Translations under genes and position numbers: made by a program
Part shown: positions 1 through 12,965 of the stretch, piece by piece
How the letters are laid out: the number at the start of each line of letters is the position of its first letter
Position numbering within the stretch: position 1 is the first letter of the stretch
The notes under the pieces: model-generated
Told to the model about the DNA's origin: nothing
The model's input: the letters and a program-made list of their open reading frames with translations, nothing else
The model's database searches: none
Source: Octopus vulgaris
Taxonomy: Eukaryota
Assembly (NCBI GenBank): GCA_951406725.2
Contig: OX597818.1
Span: 139,934,001 to 139,998,000 of the forward strand
Direction of reading: 5' to 3'
DNA: 64,000 nucleotides

Positions 1-265
1 ACTAAAGCCATGTCAATGTTTTTCTTTCGATATATGTGTAAGACCCGAGTCTCATTTGCCTTATTTTAGATATTGGTTCTCGGTAGAAAACTATTTCCTA
101 AGCATACCTTTAGCCATTAAATTTCCTTGAGTGTGTTCATTACGTATCTGGTGTATATTATGTTTTTATGTTTTGGTATTATTCCATTTTGTATAAGGTA
201 TAGGTAGAATTCCGAAAAGAGGGCCTGCGTGGTGGGAATCGATGCCATACCACCTGTGTTTTTTT
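1..265 (-). mobile_element. Penelope-like element (PLE) reverse transcriptase fragment, degenerate
   Basis: Minus strand reads GMASIPTTQALFSEFYLYLIQNGIIPKHKNIIYTRYV and then, after a frameshift, LHIYRKKNID. This resembles RT motifs B' (G.AMGSP.S..FAE.YL) and C (Y.RYVDD) and the PLE 'IYRKPT' motif. Confidence 0.55.
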
Positions 266-323
266 AATAAATGACACGCACACACACACACACACACTCA
301 AACATATATATATATGAAACAAG

Positions 324-369
<46 letters not shown>

Positions 370-374
<5 letters not shown>

Positions 375-630
375 GCCGGTGGCTTCTATGAAACCATCAC
401 GGTGGTTGAGACCAATATAAAAGAATATGTCGCCGCCAGCACCACGTGACTATACGTCGCTTGAACCAACGGTCGGAGAGCTGCTTACACCAACAGTTGG
501 AGAGTGGCTCATACTGCTGCTAACATAACGTCGAGAGGTCTGAGTAAGGTAACATAATTGGTGTAACTAGACATTTCCTAGACTGCTTCCTTCTGAGGAA
601 GGGCCTTTGCGCTTGAAATATAAAGGTTTC
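370..630 (+). mobile_element. Probable PLE pseudo-LTR fragment next to (TA)n, ending in a minimal hammerhead-like motif
   Basis: Starts directly after (TA)n. Contains a GAAAC-hairpin-GUU half motif (~390-410) and CCTT-CTGAGGA-stemII-GAAA-TATA-AAGG at 589-626. Confidence 0.5.
589..626 (+). ncRNA. Minimal type I hammerhead ribozyme-like motif (imperfect stem II)
   Basis: Stem I CCTT/AAGG, core CUGAGGA, stem II agggc..gctt with a mismatch, GAAA, palindromic AUAU stem III, triplet AUA. Confidence 0.5.
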
Positions 631-1498
631 GTAAAGCTTTCTGCAGTGACAGAAGCTAATCTATATTTGTGTGCAAACTTGGAGTTATGTATCTTTATGT
701 GAAAAGATGTAACATACCCATTAAATAAATATAATTTCAGACTGGGACCAATAATGACGTCGATACAGTTAATAAGAACAATGAAAAGTGATATCCTGAA
801 ATTGTCACCCGTTGTGTTGCAACTTGTAAATAAACCACCGTACCTAAAACCAGTCATCGTTTATATAACACTAAAATAAGTGATAAAGCAAAAGTTAGTT
901 ATATCAGCTTTGACTTAATTTGAGCAAATACTGTAGATTCGTGTAGTTAGTTGAAATTTGATTGAATTGCAATTCAATGGCCTCCTTTAATACTGCGTAT
1001 TTGAATACTGAATAATAATCCGATAAGAATTCATTAAATGCAAAAACCAGATGACAATAACTTATCTATTTAGTTGAAAGCAGTATTATTTTATTGTTCT
1101 GTTTTGTTTCTACATAAACGTTAAAAGTTCAGTTGTCAAACTGCCTGATTTATGCAGATTTATACGGATAGTATAGATGCTGGAGTGAGAACAATGCATA
1201 TATATAAATAATATATGTTTGCAGGTTAAAATGACGTGTTTATTCAAATGTCACATTTTATGCCGTTATAGGAAAAAGAATAACAAGATGACTGCTGTAT
1301 AGAAAAAAGATAAGCTAACAGAAATGAAAGCATCGAAACAGTGATGAATTCTGGTTTAGAAGTAAGTTATTTCACAGATATGGATGAAGGTATAAATGTC
1401 AAATCATTTCCTAAACCATGGAAACATGAAGTTATATGAGGTCTGAATAAAAAAATATCCTTTATGTTCATACCCATATATATATATATGTACATACA

Positions 1499-1566
<68 letters not shown>

Positions 1567-1914
1567 AGTGTGTATGTATATATAAATATATATATATATA
1601 TATAAACATATATGTATGCATACATATATACATGCAAAAATTAATATATATATATATATATATATATACTAGTGTAATCATATGTAAATATGTGTATGTA
1701 TATGGATATGTGTACATATAAGTACATATACATGTATATATGTATGCATATATATACATATATATATATATGTGTGTGTGCGTGTGTTTGAGTGTGTGTG
1801 CGTGCGTGCGTGTGTACATATACACTTTTTTACTAGGCGTACAATTTACAAAATTATATGGTTTCATGCGAATATCTTGAATTAGGTGGTTTATTTCCCT
1901 CTATTTATGAGTAA

Positions 1915-2130
1915 AAGCGTGTGGGTTAGAGGTTAGATTATTCGGCTCACGATTGCACGATCATGAGGTCGAATTCCGGCGCAGCGATGTGTCCTTCTGC
2001 ACTAGTCCACTCAGCAAGCAAAAATGTGTAGTGTCTGAGTATGAAGGAGACTAGCTTTGTCACATTCTATGTCAAGTACATTCTACGTTAATGTACGCGT
2101 GTCTGTGTATTGCTCAGTTACTGGCATTTG
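1915..2130 (+). mobile_element. Diverged tRNA-derived CORE-type SINE (group C)
   Basis: Head ggttagattattcggctcacgat...gaggtcgaattccggc and 'agtccactcagc' core, matching the copies at 31226 and 63682 (reverse strand). Confidence 0.6.
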
Positions 2131-2214
2131 TTTCTCTTATCTATGTTTATGTATTTTTGTATCTGCCTACTAAATTATATCTGGCTCTGTTTATTTGACA
2201 CATACATATATACG

Positions 2215-2315
<101 letters not shown>

Positions 2316-2440
2316 TCAACTAATAAGGGTGAGAGAATTAGATACTAATTTAATAGTATGTCCATTTAACACCAAGTGGCTTAGTGCATAAAAACCCGGA
2401 ATTCAAAAAATTTTATACATAGTGGTTACTCTCTTATATT

Positions 2441-2500
<60 letters not shown>

Positions 2501-2621
2501 CACAAGCAAACATATATCAATAGTATTAATACGCTAACTTTTTGTTTTTGTACGTACCTAATGTGTGCGTCACACTTATTTCAAAGAAGCGGTAAAGCGA
2601 GAAGAGGAGGTCAGAGAGGAA

Positions 2622-2656
<35 letters not shown>

Positions 2657-2676
2657 AGAGAAATTGAGAAAATGAC

Positions 2677-2718
<42 letters not shown>

Positions 2719-3237
2719 AGAGACCGTGAGTGGTGACGGCGTTCGTTTTGTGTTTTTATCAGATCGCAAGAGAAGTGGATACATTGATATATATACACAT
2801 TGTTAAATCAAAAGCGGGAGAGAAGTTGGCCACAAAGGAAGTGAAAGAGAGTAAGTGAGAGAGACTGTAGATACATACAACCAAAGAAAATTTCATACAT
2901 AGATACATACACACAGCAAATATTGGATCTGAATTTCGCTTTCCATTGCCACACGAAGATAAAATTAACTCACAAGTGGCTGAGTACTCCACATACATAT
3001 ATAACATTAATGTAGTTCTCAGGGAGATGTGTGTATGTGTGTGTGTAAAAGGTTGAAAAGGAACGCACGAGTTGATATGTTGAAAAAGTCGAAAAGCTGA
3101 AACCGGTACTAAAATGTGTTTCATAATAAAATTATTTTCGCCTATTCTACCATGTCTTACTTTCCTTCTATATACATATACGCACACACACACACACACA
3201 CACGCACACACACACACGCACGCACACACACACAAAC

Positions 3238-3268
<31 letters not shown>

Positions 3269-3651
3269 TAATGTATATGCATAATGATAATCAACTACTT
3301 AAGAAATTAGAATTAAAGTATCAAACAAACATGGAAAACCCACAATCAGTACTCTGAGTTTCCTTGCAAGATGCTAGTATGAAGTTCTTCGAGTCTAAAA
3401 ACGTACACAGTTCTTACGACACCGTTCATTATATATACGCTGAAGAAATATCAAGTAAATTTGCTACTATCAACAAATTTAACTACAACATTTAACGACA
3501 ACATTTAAACATCCAAAATGTACAACTGATCTTGACTCAATTCTTAGATATGTGCCAGCAGATATGGATGCACATACGCTGGATACACGCATGGAGCATG
3601 GATACTTAAGCTTTATAAACGTAACATTCATGCATAATTACACTTATATAT

Positions 3652-3789
3652 ATCTCCTTTGTTTCCGACGAAGAGCTCCGCTCGAAACGTTAAGCCCTCC
3701 TTCTTTCCTTCTTTCCTGAGCGTCCAATAATACTTTATTTGTTCCACGTCCTCGCGTTGCTGTGTTTTTTTGTGTTTTCTTGTTTGGAT

Positions 3790-3793
<4 letters not shown>
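3652..3793 (+). mobile_element. Short PLE-LTR-like repeat with variant hammerhead motif; 3' end abuts (TA)n
   Basis: Nearly identical to the reverse complement of 36211-36350. Contains gttt-CCGACGA-a-GAGC-tcc-GCTC-GAAAC-GTT-aagc. Confidence 0.7.
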
Positions 3794-3846
<53 letters not shown>

Positions 3847-4458
3847 TGTGTACTTATTTTGTTGTACGAAATACGTAAAATTACTTAAACTGTTTCTATG
3901 CTTAAAATATGTTGAGACTTATATGTCTAACTTCCGTGAAATGAAGAGGAATTATACACCGAACAACAGTGTCGCTCGTTCGGTGGAGTGTACAGGAGCG
4001 AAACCGTCGGTTTATACATCCAGCTTTTAGATATTAAATTACAACAAAAACAGAAACAACAACCAGTTTATACTTGTATACATTCATAAATACGCATATA
4101 TACTGACACAGACACGTATATATACATGCATATAATGTAAAGCAAAATTTTTAAATGCATACAGGATTTAGTTTTTTTAAAGTGTTCACTTACATTTTAA
4201 AGTAAATTCTAATTTAAGCTATGCAGTAAAATATAGCAACTCATTGTGTTGCAGTTATTGATATTACATTATACTCTATAATACATTATTGCATTATATT
4301 GTATAATAATCCAGTGGTTTTGTCTTTAATATTTTGTATTGTCTGTTTTATAATCGTTAAATCAATAATCTAAAGAATCTCTTTCATTAGTTTAATGCAT
4401 TTAACTCTTTTTTTTCTGTTTTGCATCCGCCTCAATTCAAGAACTCTCTCTGTCTCCC

Positions 4459-4514
<56 letters not shown>

Positions 4515-4832
4515 TATATACATATATATTTATATATATGTTTATGTATATATATGTATATATATAATATATAATATATAGTATAATATATATATATATA
4601 TGTATGTATATATGTATGTATGTATATATGTATGTATATATACCTGTGTGTGTCAGTTTGTCTGTTTTCGCGCGTGCGTCGTCTCGAGTAAAACAGAAAG
4701 TGGCAGAGTGAAATAAATAAATGCAATGAAATATACACGTTCTTTGACGTATAGTTGCCAACATATAACACCTACTCAAACAGAACATACATAGAGGTAC
4801 GAATACACACACGCAGATATACATAATGCATA

Positions 4833-4959
<127 letters not shown>

Positions 4960-5222
4960 CCATATGTGTATGCATGTATATGCATAGAGAGAGACGGACA
5001 GACACATGCAGGGAGAGATCGATTAAAAGTAACTTTGTAAACTTCTAGAAGTCTGGATTTATATTTCTCGTAATGCTTCGTCTATATGTATAGGTATACA
5101 GGCATGCATAGTCCATTCTGTGCTTGTGTATGTTTGCGTATGTACAGGTAAATGTTTTTGTGTGTGGGTATATATAAATATATATATATACACATACGAA
5201 AATATACATACATTTAAATATA

Positions 5223-5440
5223 GGAAGGCGTGCTGAAAACTTTCTGCGTTTGTGTCAAAGAAAAAATACAGGAGAATCAGTTAATTGTGATTTTATCCAT
5301 CATGTACCCCTCTCGGATTCATCCACTTATTGTAATGGTCCTTCAATTTTTCTAAGCCCTGTAAAAGAACTGGAAAATTTAGGCTTCCAACCAGGCCTTT
5401 CGCGATACCCTCAAAGCCAGAAACTTTTCAGTACCCACAT
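5223..5440 (-). mobile_element. Mariner-derived MITE (same family as 18490-18704)
   Basis: Terminal inverted repeats gtgctgaaaactttctg / cagaaacttttcagtac. The interior is the reverse complement of 18490-18704. Confidence 0.65.
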
Positions 5441-5447
5441 ATGTATG

Positions 5448-5501
<54 letters not shown>

Positions 5502-5779
5502 CACGAAACCATGAATTATGTCTGTGCATACGCATATGTATACGACGGATTACATGGAACACTTTGGCATGCAATGGTAATTATAACAATATTGTTTTAC
5601 TTGTTCCATATACGTAGAGGCATTTTCATTTATGAAAATCTTTAATACACTTAATATCCCATCCAGTTTATATTGTTTCTTTTCTTTTTCATCTTCTTAA
5701 ATCGATTTTCATATTTCATTAAATTCAATTGATCTATGTCTTTTCATATATCTATTCCTCTCTCAAATTTTCTCTCTCT

Positions 5780-5842
<63 letters not shown>

Positions 5843-7237
5843 CATACATACACACACACACATGCACACATATATATTCATTTATAACCACGTTCTTATG
5901 GATACTTTGAAAGATGTCTCTCTGCAGTGGTAAGAATACAAATGTGTATTGTAAGATACTCGGCTCAGACACGCAATGCACATACAGACTACACACATAC
6001 ACATATGCAAATAGTAGCACACATTCACAACAAAAAAATCGATATAATTTTCGAATATTAGATATTAAATGCATGCATGTCTATTATACGTGCATTTCTA
6101 TACACGCGCACCAAGGGACACGCACAAATCTAGATACACACATATACACGCATAGAAATGCACACATGTATATATACGATGTGTTTACACACACGTCTAG
6201 GTACACATGTGGTTACACACACACACAAGCGCGCGAACACAAACATATACTGAGATACAGACATATACACTCATCTGTGTTCATCTGCGCCCATGTATAC
6301 GCGCGCCAGTGTTTGTGTGTTCAGATGATGTCAGACAGCTCCCAGTATTTTTTGCTGATATCGAATGGATGCACATTGGATTTTACAAACTTGATAAAAA
6401 CTTTGCCGAAAAAGATTAGTGTACGTAATTACTTTCCTAGTTTTTAAAACATCCACTTTAAGTAAACTGATTCAAAGCAGTGTTTGCGTCGTTCACATCT
6501 CTCTGTCCTTCTTCCCTCTCTTCACACTATCTCCCTCTCTTTCCGCTTTCTTCTAATTTAGTTCCCTTCGTATTTTCGTGTTTTGGGGGTCGATATCACT
6601 GTGCGCTACTTTGGCGCAAGTATTTTATGCCATCGGTTTAGTTCGTTTAATACCATCAAATGTCTAGATGGACCGTGTCCTGTTTATGGGTAGTAGACTT
6701 AATCGGTCACATTATCTTGCAAGTATTCAAGCCAGTTCTTGAAAATCTCCAAGGGCATGGCTGTTATTTAACTTCTGACTAATCCACAAGAGAAACGTTA
6801 AGATTAATTAGTTGAAGAGGATATTTCCATATCGATAGAGCTACATGTTTCCTGTTAAACAGTTCATGTAATTTTCCCCGCCAAAAATCATTTTCTTCTT
6901 CTGAAATCATGTAGGTTTTTGATTTAGCCTTATAGATTAATAAATAATATTTAGTTGATTCTTATTGTTATTCTTTTATTCAATCTGACGTCTAACCTAA
7001 TCAAAGAAAATTAGTCTTGATCATCCCCTTTTTGTTTTGTATGTCTGGCAATAAATTGTAAGACTACATGGTTTTATTTAAGGGAAATTTGACTAGAAAT
7101 ACTTTTAAGACCACCGACGTGTTTATTCTTTGTTGATCACCAATTGTTTGTAGTAAAAAAAAAAACATACAGAAATGGATTTTTATTTATTTTTATATAT
7201 TCATATATTTTTATTTATGCTTTATATCCAGAAATTA

Positions 7238-7450
7238 GGGCGGCGAGCAAGCAGGATCGTTAGCACGCCAGACAAAATGCTTCATGGCATTTCGTCAGTT
7301 TTTACCTTCAGAGTTTAAATTCCACTGAGGTCTACTTTGCCTTTCATCCAATCGGGGTCAATGAAATAAGTACCTTTGAGGAGTCGATGTGATCGATTTA
7401 CACACTTCCACGAAAGTATTGGTCGTGTGCGCCAAAATTTGAAAACAATG
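7238..7450 (+). mobile_element. SINE group B (Deu/Nin-like central domain), diverged
   Basis: ggcggcgag..gcag..cgttagcacgcc head and gcctttcatcc..cggggtc.at.aaataagtacc domain. Confidence 0.75.
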
Positions 7451-7759
7451 CATCCAGAAATTGCAAAGTCTTAGAAAATTAAGTTGTTTAATTTATATCA
7501 ACTGTGAGTAAATCTTGAGGCATTTCTTATAAAATTATGGAATGCTCTCAATAGGAATGTTCTCAGTCTTAGACATGATAACCGTGATATTAAGTTGTTC
7601 GCTTATTCTACCTGATTTAATCTCACATAATCGACATCTACGCCTTTAAGCATAATAATCAGGTACACAGCTGCTTTGTGAGAGGAATTTGTTACATTGA
7701 AGCTGTGTATATGTGCGTATTATGTAAGATATAGAGACACGCGTATATTTGTGTATGCA

Positions 7760-7795
<36 letters not shown>

Positions 7796-7894
7796 CATAC
7801 ATAGTTGCATATATACGAATACACGTATAGGCACACACAGACATATACGTGTATATGCACATATACATAATATGTATATATATATGTATGTATG

Positions 7895-7967
<73 letters not shown>

Positions 7968-8287
7968 TCTTTTACTGATTTATTCGTTTCAGCGATATGA
8001 CTGCGGTCATGTTGGAGCAGAACACAACAGAAGATATACTGGATGTTGTGGTGTATATATTAAGAGAATAACATCTCTCTTCTAGACAACAACATGTTCA
8101 AAATACTCGTCTTATTGGCCCACGGTAACCTGGGACACCGGTGTTTCGATACGTTATGTGTCAGCAACATGAATCAGCTGGACCTTTGAATGTAACCAAA
8201 GCCGTTGTCTTTGTTTATGGATTCAGCGGCAAGAATTGATATTCAGATAGGTTCTCATAACATCCACGCAAAAAAATAAATAATACC

Positions 8288-8520
8288 TATTTCTTTATTA
8301 CCCACAAGGGGCTAAACATAGAGGGGACAAACAAAGACAGACATAGGTATTAAGTCGATTAGATCGACCCCAGTGCGTAACTGGTACTTAATTTATCGAC
8401 CCCGAAAGGATGAAAGGCAAAGTCGACCGCGGCGGAATTTGAACTCAGAACGTAGCGGCAGACGAAATACCGCTCAGCATTTCGTCCGGCATGCTAACGA
8501 TTCTGCCAGCTCGCCGCTTT
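8288..8520 (-). mobile_element. SINE group B, full length, with 14-bp target-site duplication
   Basis: Reverse complement of the ggcgagctggcagaatcgttagc...gcctttcatcctttcggggtcgataaattaagtaccag...ccccttgtgggtaataaagaaata element. TSD aataaataatacct on both sides. Confidence 0.9.
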
Positions 8521-9015
8521 AATAAATAATACCTTCGTTGCATCGTCTAGAGTGGGATTAGGAATGGAACTTTGCATACTTCTCCATAACACGTCTAGGC
8601 AGCTTCTGACACAGCATATGCTGGGTTCAACACATTGTTGTCAAAGATGGATAATTATTCTCATGCGCCATTCACTATAGCACCCAGCATATCTGGGGGT
8701 TTAGTTCACAGTTGATCTAAACGATTAGGTACGCTAGGTAAGTGCTGTAACGGATTACTAAGGCTCCAAGGTTAAAGCCGAGACGATAGTTATGGAGCCA
8801 TTTCAGGTTTCCGATGCAGCGGATATATAATTGTTAAAGAGGACAACAAACATTAAGGCATGGCAAGCATCTCAAGTTGTATACAATAATAATATTTTAT
8901 ACGACTTGAGATGTTTGCCTCGCCTTAATGTTTGTTGTCCTCTTTAACAATTGTATATATTTGTGTGTGTGTGTGTGTGTGTGCATGTCTGTATGTAAGT
9001 ATGTATGTACATAGA

Positions 9016-9345
9016 GTGGATGTGTGGTAAGAAAGCGGGGAACTGGCACAAACGTTAGCACGTCGCCGAAGTCGACTTTACCTTTCATCCTTTCGGGGTT
9101 GATAAATTAAGTACCATTTACACCCTGGAGTCGATGTAATTGACTTTATCCGTTTGTCTGTTCTTGTTTGTCCTCCCTACGCCCAGCCCCTTGTGGGCAA
9201 TAAAGAAATAAGAAGCTTCCTTTCCAGTCACATGGCGCCGAGTTCAGTCCCACAGCATAGCATCTTAGGCAAGTGTCTTCCACTATAGACTCGGGCCAAC
9301 CAATGCTTTGTGAGAGGATTAGCTGGAGCTGGAAATGTGTGTATT

Positions 9346-9379
<34 letters not shown>

Positions 9380-9600
9380 TGTGTGTGTGCGTGCGTGTGT
9401 GCGCATATGTCAGTGTTTGACCCCCCTCCCACCGGCACTTGACTAGCACTATTGATGTTTTTACGTCCACGTAATTTAGCGACTGGGCAGAAGAACCATT
9501 GAAAAGTACGAGGCACAATCGACGAAATTTCTCCAGGACGGTGCCCCTGCATGGCCGCAGTCTAATGACTGAAACAAGTAAAAGAATAGCAAAATAAAAA
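9016..9600 (+). mobile_element. SINE group A interrupted by a nested group B SINE (9041-9211)
   Basis: The group A head gtgg.tgtgtggtaagaag is split by a group B copy, with taagaa(a)g repeated at both junctions. The element continues to the gcatggccgcagtc..atgactgaaacaagtaaaaga tail. Confidence 0.8.
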
Positions 9601-9609
9601 AAGTATATA

Positions 9610-9915
9610 TTCTTTCATTCTTTTATTTGTTTCAGTCATTTGACTGCGGCCATACCACAACCATGCTGGATCACCGCCTTTAGTCGAACAAATCGCGCCA
9701 AGGACTTATCCTTTGAAAGCCTACTACTTATTCTATCGGTCGCTTTTGCCAAATTTACGGAACGTAAACACACCAGCATCGGTTGTCAAGTGAGGGTGGG
9801 GGGATAAACACAGACACACAAATATACATACATACATACATACACACATACATACATACATGCTTGCATACATACATACATACATATATAAATACATACT
9901 TACATACACACATAC

Positions 9916-9989
<74 letters not shown>

Positions 9990-10412
9990 AATATTAGGGA
10001 ATAAATCCAAACTTACAGAGTAAAATCAGATTTAGGATTGAATCCAATTTTATAGTAAAATATAATATTATATTAAATTAGAGACAAAACCACTATTAGG
10101 CAAATCAAACAATGAAAAACTTAATCCAATACATAATATTATTTAATTTATATTATTTAAATATATAACAAAATTATTAAAAAAAAAAAATTAATATTGT
10201 TTGATTTGCCTAATAGTGGTTTTGTCTCTAATTTAATATAATATATATATATATATAAACGACGGGCCCCTTTCTGTTTCCGTCTACCAAATCCACTAAG
10301 CAGGCTTTGGTCGGCCCGAAGCTATAGTAGAAGACACTTGCCAAATATGCCATGTAGTGGGACTAAACCCGGAGCCATGTGGTTGGTAAGCAATCTACTT
10401 ACCACACAGCCA
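9610..10412 (-). mobile_element. SINE group A with expanded internal microsatellite and inserted PLE-like piece
   Basis: 3' half at 9610-9820 and 5' half at 10255-10412, separated by (CATA)n/(TA)n and an AT-rich insert carrying an inverted repeat. Confidence 0.8.
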
Positions 10413-10615
10413 AAATATATAATACACCCCCACACACACACATATTGCAGATGCCATACAACAGTTATTAAACTTTCGAGAAAACGTGAACTAATTCTTC
10501 TAGGTAATATCGTGAAGCAAGCTCTCAGAGCTCTGTAAATGCATACATACATACATACATACATACATACATACATACATACATACATACATACATACAT
10601 ACATACATAGATACA

Positions 10616-10780
10616 GGTGCAGGAGTGGCTGTGTGGTAAGTAGCTTGTTTACCAACCACATGGTTCCGGGTTCAGTCCCACTGCGTGGCATCTTGGGCAA
10701 GTGTCTTCTGCTATAGCCCCGGGCCGACCAATGCCTTGTGCGTGGATTTGGTAGACGAAAACTGAAAGAAGCCTGCCGTA

Positions 10781-10826
<46 letters not shown>

Positions 10827-11045
10827 AGTGTTTGTGTGTCTGTGTTTGTCCCCCTAGCATTACTTGACAACCGATGCTGGTGTGTTTACGTCCCCGCCAC
10901 TTAGCGGTTCGGCAAAAAGAGACCGATAGAATAAGTACTGGGCTTACAAAGAATAAGTCCCGGGGTCGATTTGCTCGACTAAAGGCGGTGCTCCAGCATG
11001 GCCGCAGTCAAATGACTGAAACAAGTAAAAGAAAAAGAATAAAAG
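10616..11045 (+). mobile_element. SINE group A, full length
   Basis: tRNA-like head (ggctgtgtggtaag...gggttcagtccc), central (TA)/(TG) microsatellite, tail ggcggtgctccagcatggccgcagtcaaatgactgaaacaagtaaaaga. Multiple near-identical copies in the window. Confidence 0.92.
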
Positions 11046-11080
11046 ACATACATACATATATACATACATACATACATACA

Positions 11081-11116
<36 letters not shown>

Positions 11117-11409
11117 TATATGCATACATACATATCCGCCTGCATGCACATGTTTGAGTATAGCTTTAAGGTTAGGCTAAGTATAATTGATTAATCTGAA
11201 CGTTTCACCGAAGACTCTTATATCTTTTCTACCCCAGTTGTAACACAAATCTCTTTCAATCTTATAATCGTAAAGGAAGTGTAACAAACCAGTGCTTCCT
11301 CTGTTTTGTACCCTCAACCAAAAGGCTATTGTTTACAAATGTGTTCGTACATCGTTCAGGAAAACCAAGCCTGTGGTAAAACTCAGAATACATTGCCAGC
11401 TTTGATATC

Positions 11410-11870
<461 letters not shown>

Positions 11871-12732
11871 TAACAAGTTTATATGATGCTTCTTTCGAAT
11901 ATATAATGTTACATAGGACAGTTAACGCTAAATTTTATTCGATGCTGTACAACAAAACAATCGCTAGAATATAATTACGAAGTGTCTAAGTGCGAATTAG
12001 TAGTTAGTACCTATAGATAAGATGTCTCGAAGCTATTTAGTTACGAGTAGAAGTATTAAGCGTACCAAAGCTATTAGTGCTTGTCAGTGTACACCGTAGT
12101 ATAAATTGTAAAAACAAAAACAAAAACAAAAACAAAAAACTAGCGTCTTGTCATATCGAATTTTATCAACATTTGATTTCCAATTAATCATTACCGGTAC
12201 CTATATCTAATGATTTTACTCCAATCTGACTAGCGCACGAATGTTCTTCACTATTTTCTTGATTCTGTCAGTTCTTGTCGACAATGAATGGCGCTAATTA
12301 CATGACAGCAACAGATAATTCTCCGGTAATATCTCAAGTCTTGCTTGGCAGTACAGTGTCGAGTTGCCTTGCAGTCGTCTTCTGATCTATTGTGTCTGGT
12401 ATTCTATCACTTGTTTTAATAGCATTGATTCCAAGAAACTGCTCCATCTAAGCAGCACGAGCAAACATGTTAGATGGGAATCGGCACTCAAAGGAAATTG
12501 AATTCAACGGCAAAAAAATGAAGTAAGCTGGAACAGCGGCTGATAGCAATTAATAGTGAAATTTAAGACTATGTGTGAACCACGCTCCATTCGTAATACT
12601 ACAACTTTATAACAGTGATTAGTAAGATGTTGCTGTTGTTGTTGTTGTTGTTGTTATTTAGCCCCAGGTCTTTTTGGGTCAAAGTGTTCTACACATGATC
12701 ACCCTGTCTGTTTATTTGACATAATGAATATA

Positions 12733-12965
12733 TATTTCTTTACTGCCCACAAGTGGCTAAACATAGAGGGGACAAACAAGGACAGACAAAGGGATTAAGA
12801 CGATTACATCGGCCCCAATGCGAAACTGGTACTTATTTAATCGACCCCGAAAGGATGAAAGGCAAAGTCGACCTCGGCGGAATTGGAACTCAGAACGTAA
12901 CGACAGTCGAAACACCGCTAAGCATTTCACCCAGCGCGCTAACGTTTTTGCCAGCTCGCCGCCTT
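12733..12965 (-). mobile_element. SINE group B, full length
   Basis: Same family as 8288-8520. TSD aatgaatata on both sides. Confidence 0.9.

Noticed and set aside
567-857. 96-aa ORF on the minus strand
   Set aside because: No recognisable domain; it overlaps a TE-derived segment.
1367-1867. Many ORFs rich in YI/HT/VC/IYLS repeats (e.g. 1367, 4432, 27742, 37918, 55022)
   Set aside because: Translations of (TA)n, (CA)n, (TATC)n and (TACA)n microsatellites, which lack stops in some frames.
12445-12480. Short hairpin ccatctaa/ttagatgg containing agcagcac (miR-15/16-like seed)
   Set aside because: Stem too short for a pre-miRNA and the match is limited to a few bases.
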